Positions 56,491 through 64,000 of a stretch of DNA of 64,000 bases are shown here, piece after piece (the stretch's first letter is position 1; every line of letters begins with the position of its first letter). The notes under the pieces are model-generated. The model had not been told where the DNA came from and searched no databases. It saw only the letters and a list, made by a program, of their open reading frames with translations. The translations under genes and the position numbers were made by a program. Source of the DNA: an uncultured Arcobacter sp. (GTDB taxonomy: Bacteria > Campylobacterota > Campylobacteria > Campylobacterales > Arcobacteraceae); the NCBI GenBank assembly GCA_965140705.1, contig OZ223300.1, positions 1,152,001 through 1,216,000 of the forward strand, given 5' to 3'.

Positions 56491-59400
56491 ATGACTTCTT
56501 CAGATATGAATGCAGTATGTTCTCAATTATTGAGACCCGAAGATTTAGAGATTTCCGATGAGTTGTTCAGTCAAGTTCAAACAGATAAAATTGTTACAAA
56601 TATAATAAAAGAAAAAAACTCCATTGATATAAAAATATTTTCTACTCAGCAATTATACTTATCTTTAGTTACTCCAATATTACATGATATTGGTTTTTTG
56701 ATTATTGATGAGGTTACTTATAATATTCAAAATGGAAAAGATCAAATTTTTGTTTCAAGATTTAATTTAAAACTACAAAAAGATGATGATATAAATAAAA
56801 TATTAAGTGCAAAGAATAATTTAGAAAATATTATTACAAAAGTTGTAAGTGATGGATGTCTACAACATTCAAGGGTATTTTCATTGGTTTATAATGAAAA
56901 CTTTGATGAAAGAAAAATAAATCTTGTAAGAGCTATAATTGAATATATAGACCAAGCCGTTCTTACAATAAATTCTGCAACGATATTGAATATATATATT
57001 ACACACCATGATATTACTAAGCTTTTTGTAGATTATTTTTATATGAAGTTTGAACCAAATATTAAAAAAAGAGATACAAAATTAAAAGAATTAAAAGAAA
57101 AAATAGAGGAAAAGATTAAACAAATTCCTCAAATAATAGATGATAAAGTTTTAAAACTAACATTATCATTTTTAGACTCACTTTTAAGAACAAGTTACTT
57201 TTTAGAGAAAGAAACAATTGCTTTTAAAATAAATACAGCAGAGTTTGGAGAGCATCTTAAAGGATTGCAACCAAATTTAGAAAACTTTATTTATCATGAA
57301 TCTTTCTTTGGTATTCATTTAAGAATGACCAAGATTTCAAGAGGTGGTCTTAGATGGAGTGATAGACATGATGATTATAGACAAGAGATAAAATCACTTA
57401 TGATTACCCAAGAGGGTAAAAACTCTATTATTATTCCTGATGGTGCAAAGGGTGGCTTTGTAATCAAAAAAGATACAAGTGAAGTCACAAAAGAGTACTT
57501 TAAAGAAGTATATACAATGTTCATCAATGCTAACCTTGACTTAGTAGATAATTTAGTTGATGGAAAAATTGTAAAAGATAAAAATCTTGTTTGTTATGAT
57601 GGAGATGATGCTTATTTTGTAGTTGCTGCTGATAAAGGAACAGCTGCTATGAGTGATGTGGCAAATGAGATTGCTATTAGTAGAGGCTTTTGGTTAGGTG
57701 ATGCTTTTGCAAGTGGTGGAAGTAATGGTTATGGTCATAAAGAATTAGGAATCACAGCTCGAGGATCACTCAAATCAAGTGAGAGATTCTTTATCGAAGA
57801 GGGTCTTGATATTTACAAAGATAATATAACTGTCATGGGGATTGGATCTATGAATGGTGATGTTTTTGGAAATGGACTTATCGAATCAGATAAATTTATT
57901 CTTTATGGAGCTATTGGGCATAAAGAGATTTTTGTTGACCCAAATCCAGATCCTATTCAAAGTTTCAAAGAGAGAAAAAGACTTTTTGAATCTAAAAATG
58001 GAAGTTGGAAAAATTATAATAAAAAGTTGATTTCACAAGGTGGTGGGATATTTTTAAGAAGTGAAAAAGAGATAGAACTAACACCAGAAATTAAAAAGCT
58101 TGTGGGAACAACAAGAAAAGTAGTTAGTGGAGAAGAACTTTGTATCATGCTTCTTACTATGCCTGTGGATTTACTTTTTAATGGAGGAGTTGGAACTTAT
58201 GTAAAAGCAAGTGATGAAAACTCTTTAGATATAGGTGATAAGCAGAATGAAGCAGTAAGAGTTGATGCAAATAATTTAAAAGCAAAAATTGTTTGTGAGG
58301 GTGGAAACCTAGGATTTACACAAAAAGCAAGAATAGAATATGCTTTAGGTGGTGGTAGAATCAATATTGATGGAATAGATAACGCTGCAGGTGTTGATAC
58401 TTCAGATCATGAAGTTAATTTAAAAATTCTATTAAATATGATTAGTAATAAAGAAAATATTTGTAAAGAAGATTCTCAAGCAACTCTAAACTCAATGACA
58501 GAACAAGTAGTAAAATTAGTTTTAGATAGTAATTATAATCAATCTTTGGCAATATCTCTTGATGAAAGATTTTCAAGAAAATATTTAAATGATTTTAAAA
58601 AAGTGATTGAAGTATTAGACAACAATGTTCCAGCATTTAATAGAGCAGCTTTTCATATTCCTAAAAATGAAAATATCAATGAAATAATAGATATAAATGG
58701 TTCAATGGTAAGACCAGTATTGTGTTCACTTTTATCTTATTCAAAAATATTTCTAAAAAAAGTATTACTTGATTCAACTTTAATAGATGAGCAGTTTGCC
58801 TTACAGTTTTTATATAGATATTTTCCAAAATCATTTGTTGGAGCATATGAACATGAGATAATAAATCATCCACTAAAAAGAGAAATAATATCAACAATGA
58901 TTGCTGACATAATTGTAAATGCCCAAGGAAGTACTTTTGTTAGTGATTATGAGAAGTTGGGAAATGAAAGATATTTATTAAAAATCAAATCTTATATAGT
59001 AGCAAAACAACTATTTGGAGCTAAGGAAATACGAGAAAAAATCTATCAACAAGATTATATTATGAATGTTGATGAGCAATATAAATTAATCAATAAATTA
59101 GAGTATATTTTATATGCAAGTACTAAATGGATGGTTAAATATCTTAAAAAGAATCAATTAGATGCTTCTCATATTTTAGACCATAAAGATGAACTTTTTA
59201 CTTTATTAAAAGAGGTACATACACAAAAAGTAGAAAATCTAATTGACAAAGATGAAGAGTTTAATTTATTCTTTTCTGTGATTGATTATCTTAGATTTGC
59301 AATTCCTGCAATAGTTATAAGAGAGAGTACAAATCACTCATTTAAAGATGTAATTATATTGTTTTATTCACTTATTCATGAGTTTAATATTTTAGATATT

Positions 59401-59685
59401 ATTTTTGCACTTAATAAAGTAGAAATAACTTCTAAAAATGATGTAGTTTTAAGAAATCAAGTTTTACAATTCATAGAGTTTATTGTTGTTCATTACACTA
59501 AAAAAATATTAAATTTTAAAAGAGTAAATGAAGCACCAGATGCCGCTTTCACAAATTTTATAAATAATGAGAGTGAAGCATTTTATAAAGTAAGAGAAAA
59601 TCTTGATATTTTTATCTCAAAGGATAACAAAGATATTAAAGAAATAGCAATTACAGTTAATCAAATGATGGTCTCTTTATTATAA
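56491..59685 (+). CDS. gdhB: Large NAD-specific glutamate dehydrogenase (Bac_GDH family), compact form
   Basis: RGGLRWSDR, GAKGGF, YFVVAADKGTA, DAFASGGS, GDVFGNG, EGGNLGFTQ, SDHEVNLKI. Confidence 0.85.
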   Translation: MTSSDMNAVCSQLLRPEDLEISDELFSQVQTDKIVTNIIKEKNSIDIKIFSTQQLYLSLVTPILHDIGFLIIDEVTYNIQNGKDQIFVSRFNLKLQKDDDINKILSAKNNLENIITKVVSDGCLQHSRVFSLVYNENFDERKINLVRAIIEYIDQAVLTINSATILNIYITHHDITKLFVDYFYMKFEPNIKKRDTKLKELKEKIEEKIKQIPQIIDDKVLKLTLSFLDSLLRTSYFLEKETIAFKINTAEFGEHLKGLQPNLENFIYHESFFGIHLRMTKISRGGLRWSDRHDDYRQEIKSLMITQEGKNSIIIPDGAKGGFVIKKDTSEVTKEYFKEVYTMFINANLDLVDNLVDGKIVKDKNLVCYDGDDAYFVVAADKGTAAMSDVANEIAISRGFWLGDAFASGGSNGYGHKELGITARGSLKSSERFFIEEGLDIYKDNITVMGIGSMNGDVFGNGLIESDKFILYGAIGHKEIFVDPNPDPIQSFKERKRLFESKNGSWKNYNKKLISQGGGIFLRSEKEIELTPEIKKLVGTTRKVVSGEELCIMLLTMPVDLLFNGGVGTYVKASDENSLDIGDKQNEAVRVDANNLKAKIVCEGGNLGFTQKARIEYALGGGRINIDGIDNAAGVDTSDHEVNLKILLNMISNKENICKEDSQATLNSMTEQVVKLVLDSNYNQSLAISLDERFSRKYLNDFKKVIEVLDNNVPAFNRAAFHIPKNENINEIIDINGSMVRPVLCSLLSYSKIFLKKVLLDSTLIDEQFALQFLYRYFPKSFVGAYEHEIINHPLKREIISTMIADIIVNAQGSTFVSDYEKLGNERYLLKIKSYIVAKQLFGAKEIREKIYQQDYIMNVDEQYKLINKLEYILYASTKWMVKYLKKNQLDASHILDHKDELFTLLKEVHTQKVENLIDKDEEFNLFFSVIDYLRFAIPAIVIRESTNHSFKDVIILFYSLIHEFNILDIIFALNKVEITSKNDVVLRNQVLQFIEFIVVHYTKKILNFKRVNEAPDAAFTNFINNESEAFYKVRENLDIFISKDNKDIKEIAITVNQMMVSLL

Positions 59686-59751
59686 GTTGAGATTATAATT
59701 TTTTATTAATTTATTTGCTGTATAATAACTAAAAGAGTAAAAGGAATAATT

Positions 59752-59964
59752 ATGAAAAGTAATATGAATAAAGAACCAAGTTTAAATAAAATAGATGACT
59801 ATAATGGAAAAGAGTCAAAAAGTAAAAGAAATACAATAAGACTTATAATAGTAGGTCTTTTAGTATTAGGTGCTATTTATTCTTATTTTAAATATGAGAA
59901 TAATCAAGTAAATGATTATGTGGGTACATCTTCAAGTCCAGGAATTAATACTAGCAAGAATTAA
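59752..59964 (+). CDS. Small single-TM hypothetical protein
   Basis: SD AAGGA; one hydrophobic helix; followed by a terminator. Confidence 0.6.
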   Translation: MKSNMNKEPSLNKIDDYNGKESKSKRNTIRLIIVGLLVLGAIYSYFKYENNQVNDYVGTSSSPGINTSKN

Positions 59965-59993
59965 TATTATTAAAACTATTAAATGGTTTTATT

Positions 59994-60024
59994 TACTTTA
60001 GCTATTTAAAAATAGCTAAAGTAT
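59994..60024. terminator. Bidirectional terminator
   Basis: TACTTTAGCTATTT-AA-AAATAGCTAAAGTA between convergent genes. Confidence 0.7.
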
Positions 60025-60028
60025 AAAA

Positions 60029-60484
60029 TTACATTTTAAACATAGAGTGGGGTGAATCACTAGAATTTACCATCCAAATAGAAAAAATATCTATATAATC
60101 CCAAAATGATTTTTTTAACTCTTCATTTAAATTTGTCTCTTCAATTGCTTTTGCAAAATTTTCAAGCCAAATAATTCTTGCGTTTGAGTCAATTTTAAAA
60201 GGAGAGTGTCTTGCTACCATTCTTGGTGCGCCCCTTGAATGGTCAAAATATCTAGGCCCTCCACAAATTTGTATAAAAAAATCAGCAGCATGTTTTTTAG
60301 CTGCATCAAGTCCTTCTTTTGTTGGAGGGAAGAGTCCTTTTATCTCTGTTTGTACCAAATAATCATAGTGTTTGGCAATCATTTCTCTCATGCCTTCTTC
60401 TCCTAAAACTTCTAATATCTTGGGGTTTGGTAAAGCTACATTTGGTCTTTGTCCAAATGCACCTTCTGTAATAGTATAATTCAT
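60029..60484 (-). CDS. Truncated (2/2) hemoglobin, group II-like
   Basis: LFP, FFIQICGGPRYF, proximal His in PRMVARHSPFKI, WL..F; ATG at 60484. Confidence 0.8.
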   Translation of the reverse strand: MNYTITEGAFGQRPNVALPNPKILEVLGEEGMREMIAKHYDYLVQTEIKGLFPPTKEGLDAAKKHAADFFIQICGGPRYFDHSRGAPRMVARHSPFKIDSNARIIWLENFAKAIEETNLNEELKKSFWDYIDIFSIWMVNSSDSPHSMFKM

Positions 60485-60582
60485 TATTTGCCTTTTTATC
60501 TTTTTGAAAAGCAATACTACAACAGCTATGCTGAAGAAAAATATATGATATAATGGTTAATTAATTTCTTAAGGAGTTAGCC

Positions 60583-61101
60583 ATGAAAAAAGTTTTTCTT
60601 TTAATATATAGTGCCTTTGCATCACTTCTATTTTCTTCTTCTTTACTTGCAAGTGATATTGAAGTCTCTTTTACTGATAAGAAGTGGGATGGAAAAAAAA
60701 TACCATTAGATGAAGTATGTTCAAATTATAATATTGAAGCTGGAAGTACTCCAGGCTTATATATTGAAAATCTTCCAGATGGTGCAAAAAAAGTTATTTT
60801 AAAATTTAATGATAAGAGTTTTACTAAAATGGATAATGGAGGACATGGTATTTTATCTTTTGATATAGAAGAAAATGCTACAAGTGTAGAAATTCCTCCT
60901 CAAATAGGGGAAACATTTGAGTTAGATGAAGGTTTTTCTGTTGTAAAAGCCCATACAGGAACAAGATTTGGAAAACAAGAAGGTGCTTATTTGGCTCCTT
61001 GTTCTGGTGGTAAAGGCAATACTTATAGTGTTGATATTTCAATTGTAGACTCAGAAGGTAAAGTTTTGGCTTCTAAAGAATTAGTCTTGGGAAAATATTA
61101 A
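60583..61101 (+). CDS. Secreted hypothetical protein, possibly PEBP/YbhB-like fold
   Basis: Signal peptide; GGHG and YLAPCSGG..NTY motifs. Confidence 0.5.
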   Translation: MKKVFLLIYSAFASLLFSSSLLASDIEVSFTDKKWDGKKIPLDEVCSNYNIEAGSTPGLYIENLPDGAKKVILKFNDKSFTKMDNGGHGILSFDIEENATSVEIPPQIGETFELDEGFSVVKAHTGTRFGKQEGAYLAPCSGGKGNTYSVDISIVDSEGKVLASKELVLGKY

Positions 61102-61187
61102 TAACTAAGTTAGTTTAAGATTATTTATGTCAAAATGGTGACTAAATGTAGTTACCATTTTAGGTATTTAAGTAAAAGAGGGTATTA

Positions 61188-63170
61188 GTGTTTTCAAAAA
61201 TAATTGATGATTCTTATTATCAAAAAAATATAAAAGTATTATTTCTACATACTAATAAAGATTTTATTTCTAAAACATCAAAATTATTAGAAAAGTATTT
61301 TTCTTCTATTTGTATCTCATCTAATGGTGAGGATGTGGAAGAAAAACTTAAAAAAGAGTATTTTGATATTCTTTTTATAGATATTGACTCTTTGGAACAA
61401 AATTCTATAGAGTTAGTTAAAAAAGTAAAAAAGATAAATCCTACGCTTTCTATTATTGCTTTTTCAGGGGATGATAATCTACCTCTATTAAAAGAATATT
61501 TAAAACTATCAATAGATGGATATATTTTTAAACCAATAATATTAGAACAATTTAATACAATCATCGAAAAAATATGTGACTATAAATGCAGTAAATATCA
61601 AGTTGATAATAATGTAAACTATTTAAATCAATATGTAAAAATAATTGATAGTAGTAATATAATTTCAAAGACAGATATTGAAGGTAAAATTACATATGTA
61701 AGTGAGAATTTTTGTAGAGTTACAGGTTATACAAAAGAAGAATTAATTGGAAGAACTCATCGTATTTTAAAGCATAAAGATAATACTCCACTTCTGTATA
61801 AAGATATGTGGCACACAATAAAAATTGAAAAAAAAGAGTGGCATGGTATTTTAAAAAATGTTTCAAAATCAGGAAAAGTTTATTATGTAAAATCAACCAT
61901 AATGCCTCTTTTAGATCTATCTGGAAATATAATAGAGTTTATAGCTTTTAGAGATAGTGTAAATGTAGTTTTAGATGATAAAAAACATTTATTAAATAAA
62001 ATAGAATTAAATACCTTATCTCTTTTAATACTAGTACAAATTGAAGAGTTTGATATCTTAGATAAGTTTTACAATATATTAAAAGTAGATCAAATAGAAA
62101 AAACTTTTGCATCAAATTTATTAGCTTATTTACCTGATAATTATGTTTTTGAAGATGTATATGCTTTAGGTGATGGAAGATATGCACTTTTAACTGATTA
62201 TTATTCTTTTGAAAAGTTAAATATGAAAATACATGATTATCTAGAAATGTTTGTAAAAAATGTAACAGAATCTGTTTTAGAAATAGATGGAATAGAGTAT
62301 GATCTAAATATTATTATTAGTTATTCTTGTGGGAAGTATAGTCTTTATGAAGATGCAAGAGCGGGTCTTGAAGAAGCAATTGAAAGAAATAAAATAATTA
62401 ACTATTCAAATGATTCTTCAATAAAAACAAATCAAGAGGCTAAAAAGAATTTTGAAGTTATCAAAATGGTTAAAATTGCCCTTGATAATTATAAAATCGT
62501 CTCTTATTTTCAGCCAATAATCAATAATAAAACAAAAGAAATAGAAAAATATGAGTCTTTAGTTAGACTTATAAATGAAAAAGGAGAAGTTATATCTCCC
62601 ATAGAGTTTTTAAATATCTCTAAAAAAGGTAATTATTATAATAAGATTACTTCAAGAGTTTTAGAGAACTCTTTTAAAATGTTAGATTTTGTAAATACAA
62701 AACTCTCTATAAATCTATCTGCTTTGGATATAGAAAAAGAGCAAACAAGAAAAGAGATTTTTACTTTACTTGATAAATATAAAAAAGATAATAAGAGAAT
62801 TGTTTTTGAACTTCTAGAAGATGAAAATGTAAAAGATTTTAGAAGTATTAAACTCTTTATTAGAAAAGTTAAAAGAAGAGGTGTAATGATTGCAATTGAT
62901 GATTTTGGAGCAGGATATTCCAACTTTGAAAGATTGCTTGATTTTGAACCAGATATTTTAAAAATAGATGGCTCTTTAGTAAAAAATATTGAAAAAGATT
63001 CTTTTAGTAGAAATATTATTGAAACAATTGTCTCTTTTGCAAAAAAACAAAATATTTTAACAATTGCAGAGTATGTAGAAAATGAGTCAATATTTAAATT
63101 ATTAAATGAAATAGGAGTTGATTATTCTCAAGGTTATTATTTTGGTAAGCCAGAAGATTTAATTAACTAA
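61188..63170 (+). CDS. REC-PAS-(degenerate GGDEF)-EAL c-di-GMP phosphodiesterase
   Basis: FQPI, YESLVRL, SINLS, IAIDDFGAGYSNF, KIDGS, IAEYVE, QGYYFGKP; no intact GGDEF motif. Confidence 0.85.
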   Translation: MFSKIIDDSYYQKNIKVLFLHTNKDFISKTSKLLEKYFSSICISSNGEDVEEKLKKEYFDILFIDIDSLEQNSIELVKKVKKINPTLSIIAFSGDDNLPLLKEYLKLSIDGYIFKPIILEQFNTIIEKICDYKCSKYQVDNNVNYLNQYVKIIDSSNIISKTDIEGKITYVSENFCRVTGYTKEELIGRTHRILKHKDNTPLLYKDMWHTIKIEKKEWHGILKNVSKSGKVYYVKSTIMPLLDLSGNIIEFIAFRDSVNVVLDDKKHLLNKIELNTLSLLILVQIEEFDILDKFYNILKVDQIEKTFASNLLAYLPDNYVFEDVYALGDGRYALLTDYYSFEKLNMKIHDYLEMFVKNVTESVLEIDGIEYDLNIIISYSCGKYSLYEDARAGLEEAIERNKIINYSNDSSIKTNQEAKKNFEVIKMVKIALDNYKIVSYFQPIINNKTKEIEKYESLVRLINEKGEVISPIEFLNISKKGNYYNKITSRVLENSFKMLDFVNTKLSINLSALDIEKEQTRKEIFTLLDKYKKDNKRIVFELLEDENVKDFRSIKLFIRKVKRRGVMIAIDDFGAGYSNFERLLDFEPDILKIDGSLVKNIEKDSFSRNIIETIVSFAKKQNILTIAEYVENESIFKLLNEIGVDYSQGYYFGKPEDLIN

Positions 63171-63999
63171 GGGTTTTACTTTTTTTAATAATACTTTTTA
63201 TCATATTTGTAAAAACAAAATAGTGCAAAGGAACAAGTATATACCAATATGCTCTTCCTAGAACTCCTCTTGGATAAAAATATGCTGATTGAATAAATTT
63301 ATCATCTTCTATTTTAAACTCAAGCCATGCACTTCCTGGTAGTTTCATTTGTGCAAATAGCAGTAACCTTTCATTTTCTTTTATATCTACTACTTTCCAA
63401 AAGTCTAAGCTCTCACCAATTCTCAATTCATCTTGACTTCTTCTTCCTCTTTTTAAACCAACTCCACCAATAACTTTATCAATAATCCCTCTTAATTCCC
63501 ATAAAAAATCATAATCAAACCAACCCTGTTCTCCTCCAATACTCATAAAGCTTTTATATACATTTTCTTTTGGTATATTCGTAATATCTATTTCTTTTCT
63601 ATCAATAAATATCGCATCTGCAATCTCTTTGATATGGTCTTTATCCCAAATTGTTCCAGCATGGTCACTCCATCTACTTATAACTTGATGTTTTTCTATT
63701 TCATCAACTGCTTTTTTTACTGAATCAATAAATGACATTGGTTTTATATTTGGAAAATATTTTTCTGCATTGTTATTTTGAATTATCACTTCAGAACGTA
63801 AACCTTCAATTAACTCTTTTGCAACTTTAAAAGGTACAGGTGTAAATAAATTTAACCAATAAGAAGATAATGTAATTGATAAAAAAGGAAGTGGAATCAA
63901 AATTCTTTTTAATCCTAGTGCTTTTGCTGTTTGAAGCATCATATCTTTGTATTGAAGCTGTTCTGCTCCTATATCAACTATTAGGTTCTTTTTTACTTC
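63163..63999 (-). CDS. YbjT-like atypical SDR with C-terminal DUF2867; 5' part lies beyond the window
   Basis: Frame is open to the window edge; IGGEQGWF, LDFWKV, QMKLPGSAWLEF, YWY..PLH. Confidence 0.82.
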   Translation of the reverse strand, partial: EVKKNLIVDIGAEQLQYKDMMLQTAKALGLKRILIPLPFLSITLSSYWLNLFTPVPFKVAKELIEGLRSEVIIQNNNAEKYFPNIKPMSFIDSVKKAVDEIEKHQVISRWSDHAGTIWDKDHIKEIADAIFIDRKEIDITNIPKENVYKSFMSIGGEQGWFDYDFLWELRGIIDKVIGGVGLKRGRRSQDELRIGESLDFWKVVDIKENERLLLFAQMKLPGSAWLEFKIEDDKFIQSAYFYPRGVLGRAYWYILVPLHYFVFTNMIKSIIKKSKTLS

Positions 64000-64000
64000 T

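Noticed and set aside
303..62923. Many 60-170 aa antisense or alternate-frame ORFs in the track (e.g. 2516-3031, 28619-29023, 40499-40918, 55174-55638)
   Set aside because: They are shadows of well-supported genes and have no recognisable motifs.

Overview
AT-rich chromosomal window, probably from a marine/halotolerant Arcobacteraceae (Campylobacterota); this is inferred from protein style and signalling-gene content. It holds about 57 CDSs for metabolism, transport and signalling. I saw no rRNA, tRNA, CRISPR array, integrase or transposase. Main block: a minus-strand ectoine uptake/catabolism cluster (30266-41655) encoding an EctB-type DABA transaminase, an aldehyde dehydrogenase, DoeA, a TeaABCD-like TRAP system, an MDR oxidoreductase, a Ser/Thr-type proline-racemase-family protein, an M20 deacetylase and a membrane protein. 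Four features are absent from the ORF track. (1) The cluster has no adjacent regulator gene, but is preceded by a sigma70 promoter and a 49-aa uORF ending G-A-R(AGG)-UAG whose stop codon lies inside a predicted three-way-junction RNA. (2) A 15-bp hairpin sequesters the SD of the MDR/racemase sub-operon. (3) A ~250-280 bp structured non-coding unit with compensatory base changes occurs as inverted pairs at 19836-20438, 22441-22976 and 53139-53581; the first two pairs bracket a TetR cassette. (4) A Leu-rich leader peptide precedes a LeuA that lacks its regulatory domain. The racemase-family protein plus the MDR may form an EutABC-independent hydroxyectoine route (hypothesis).
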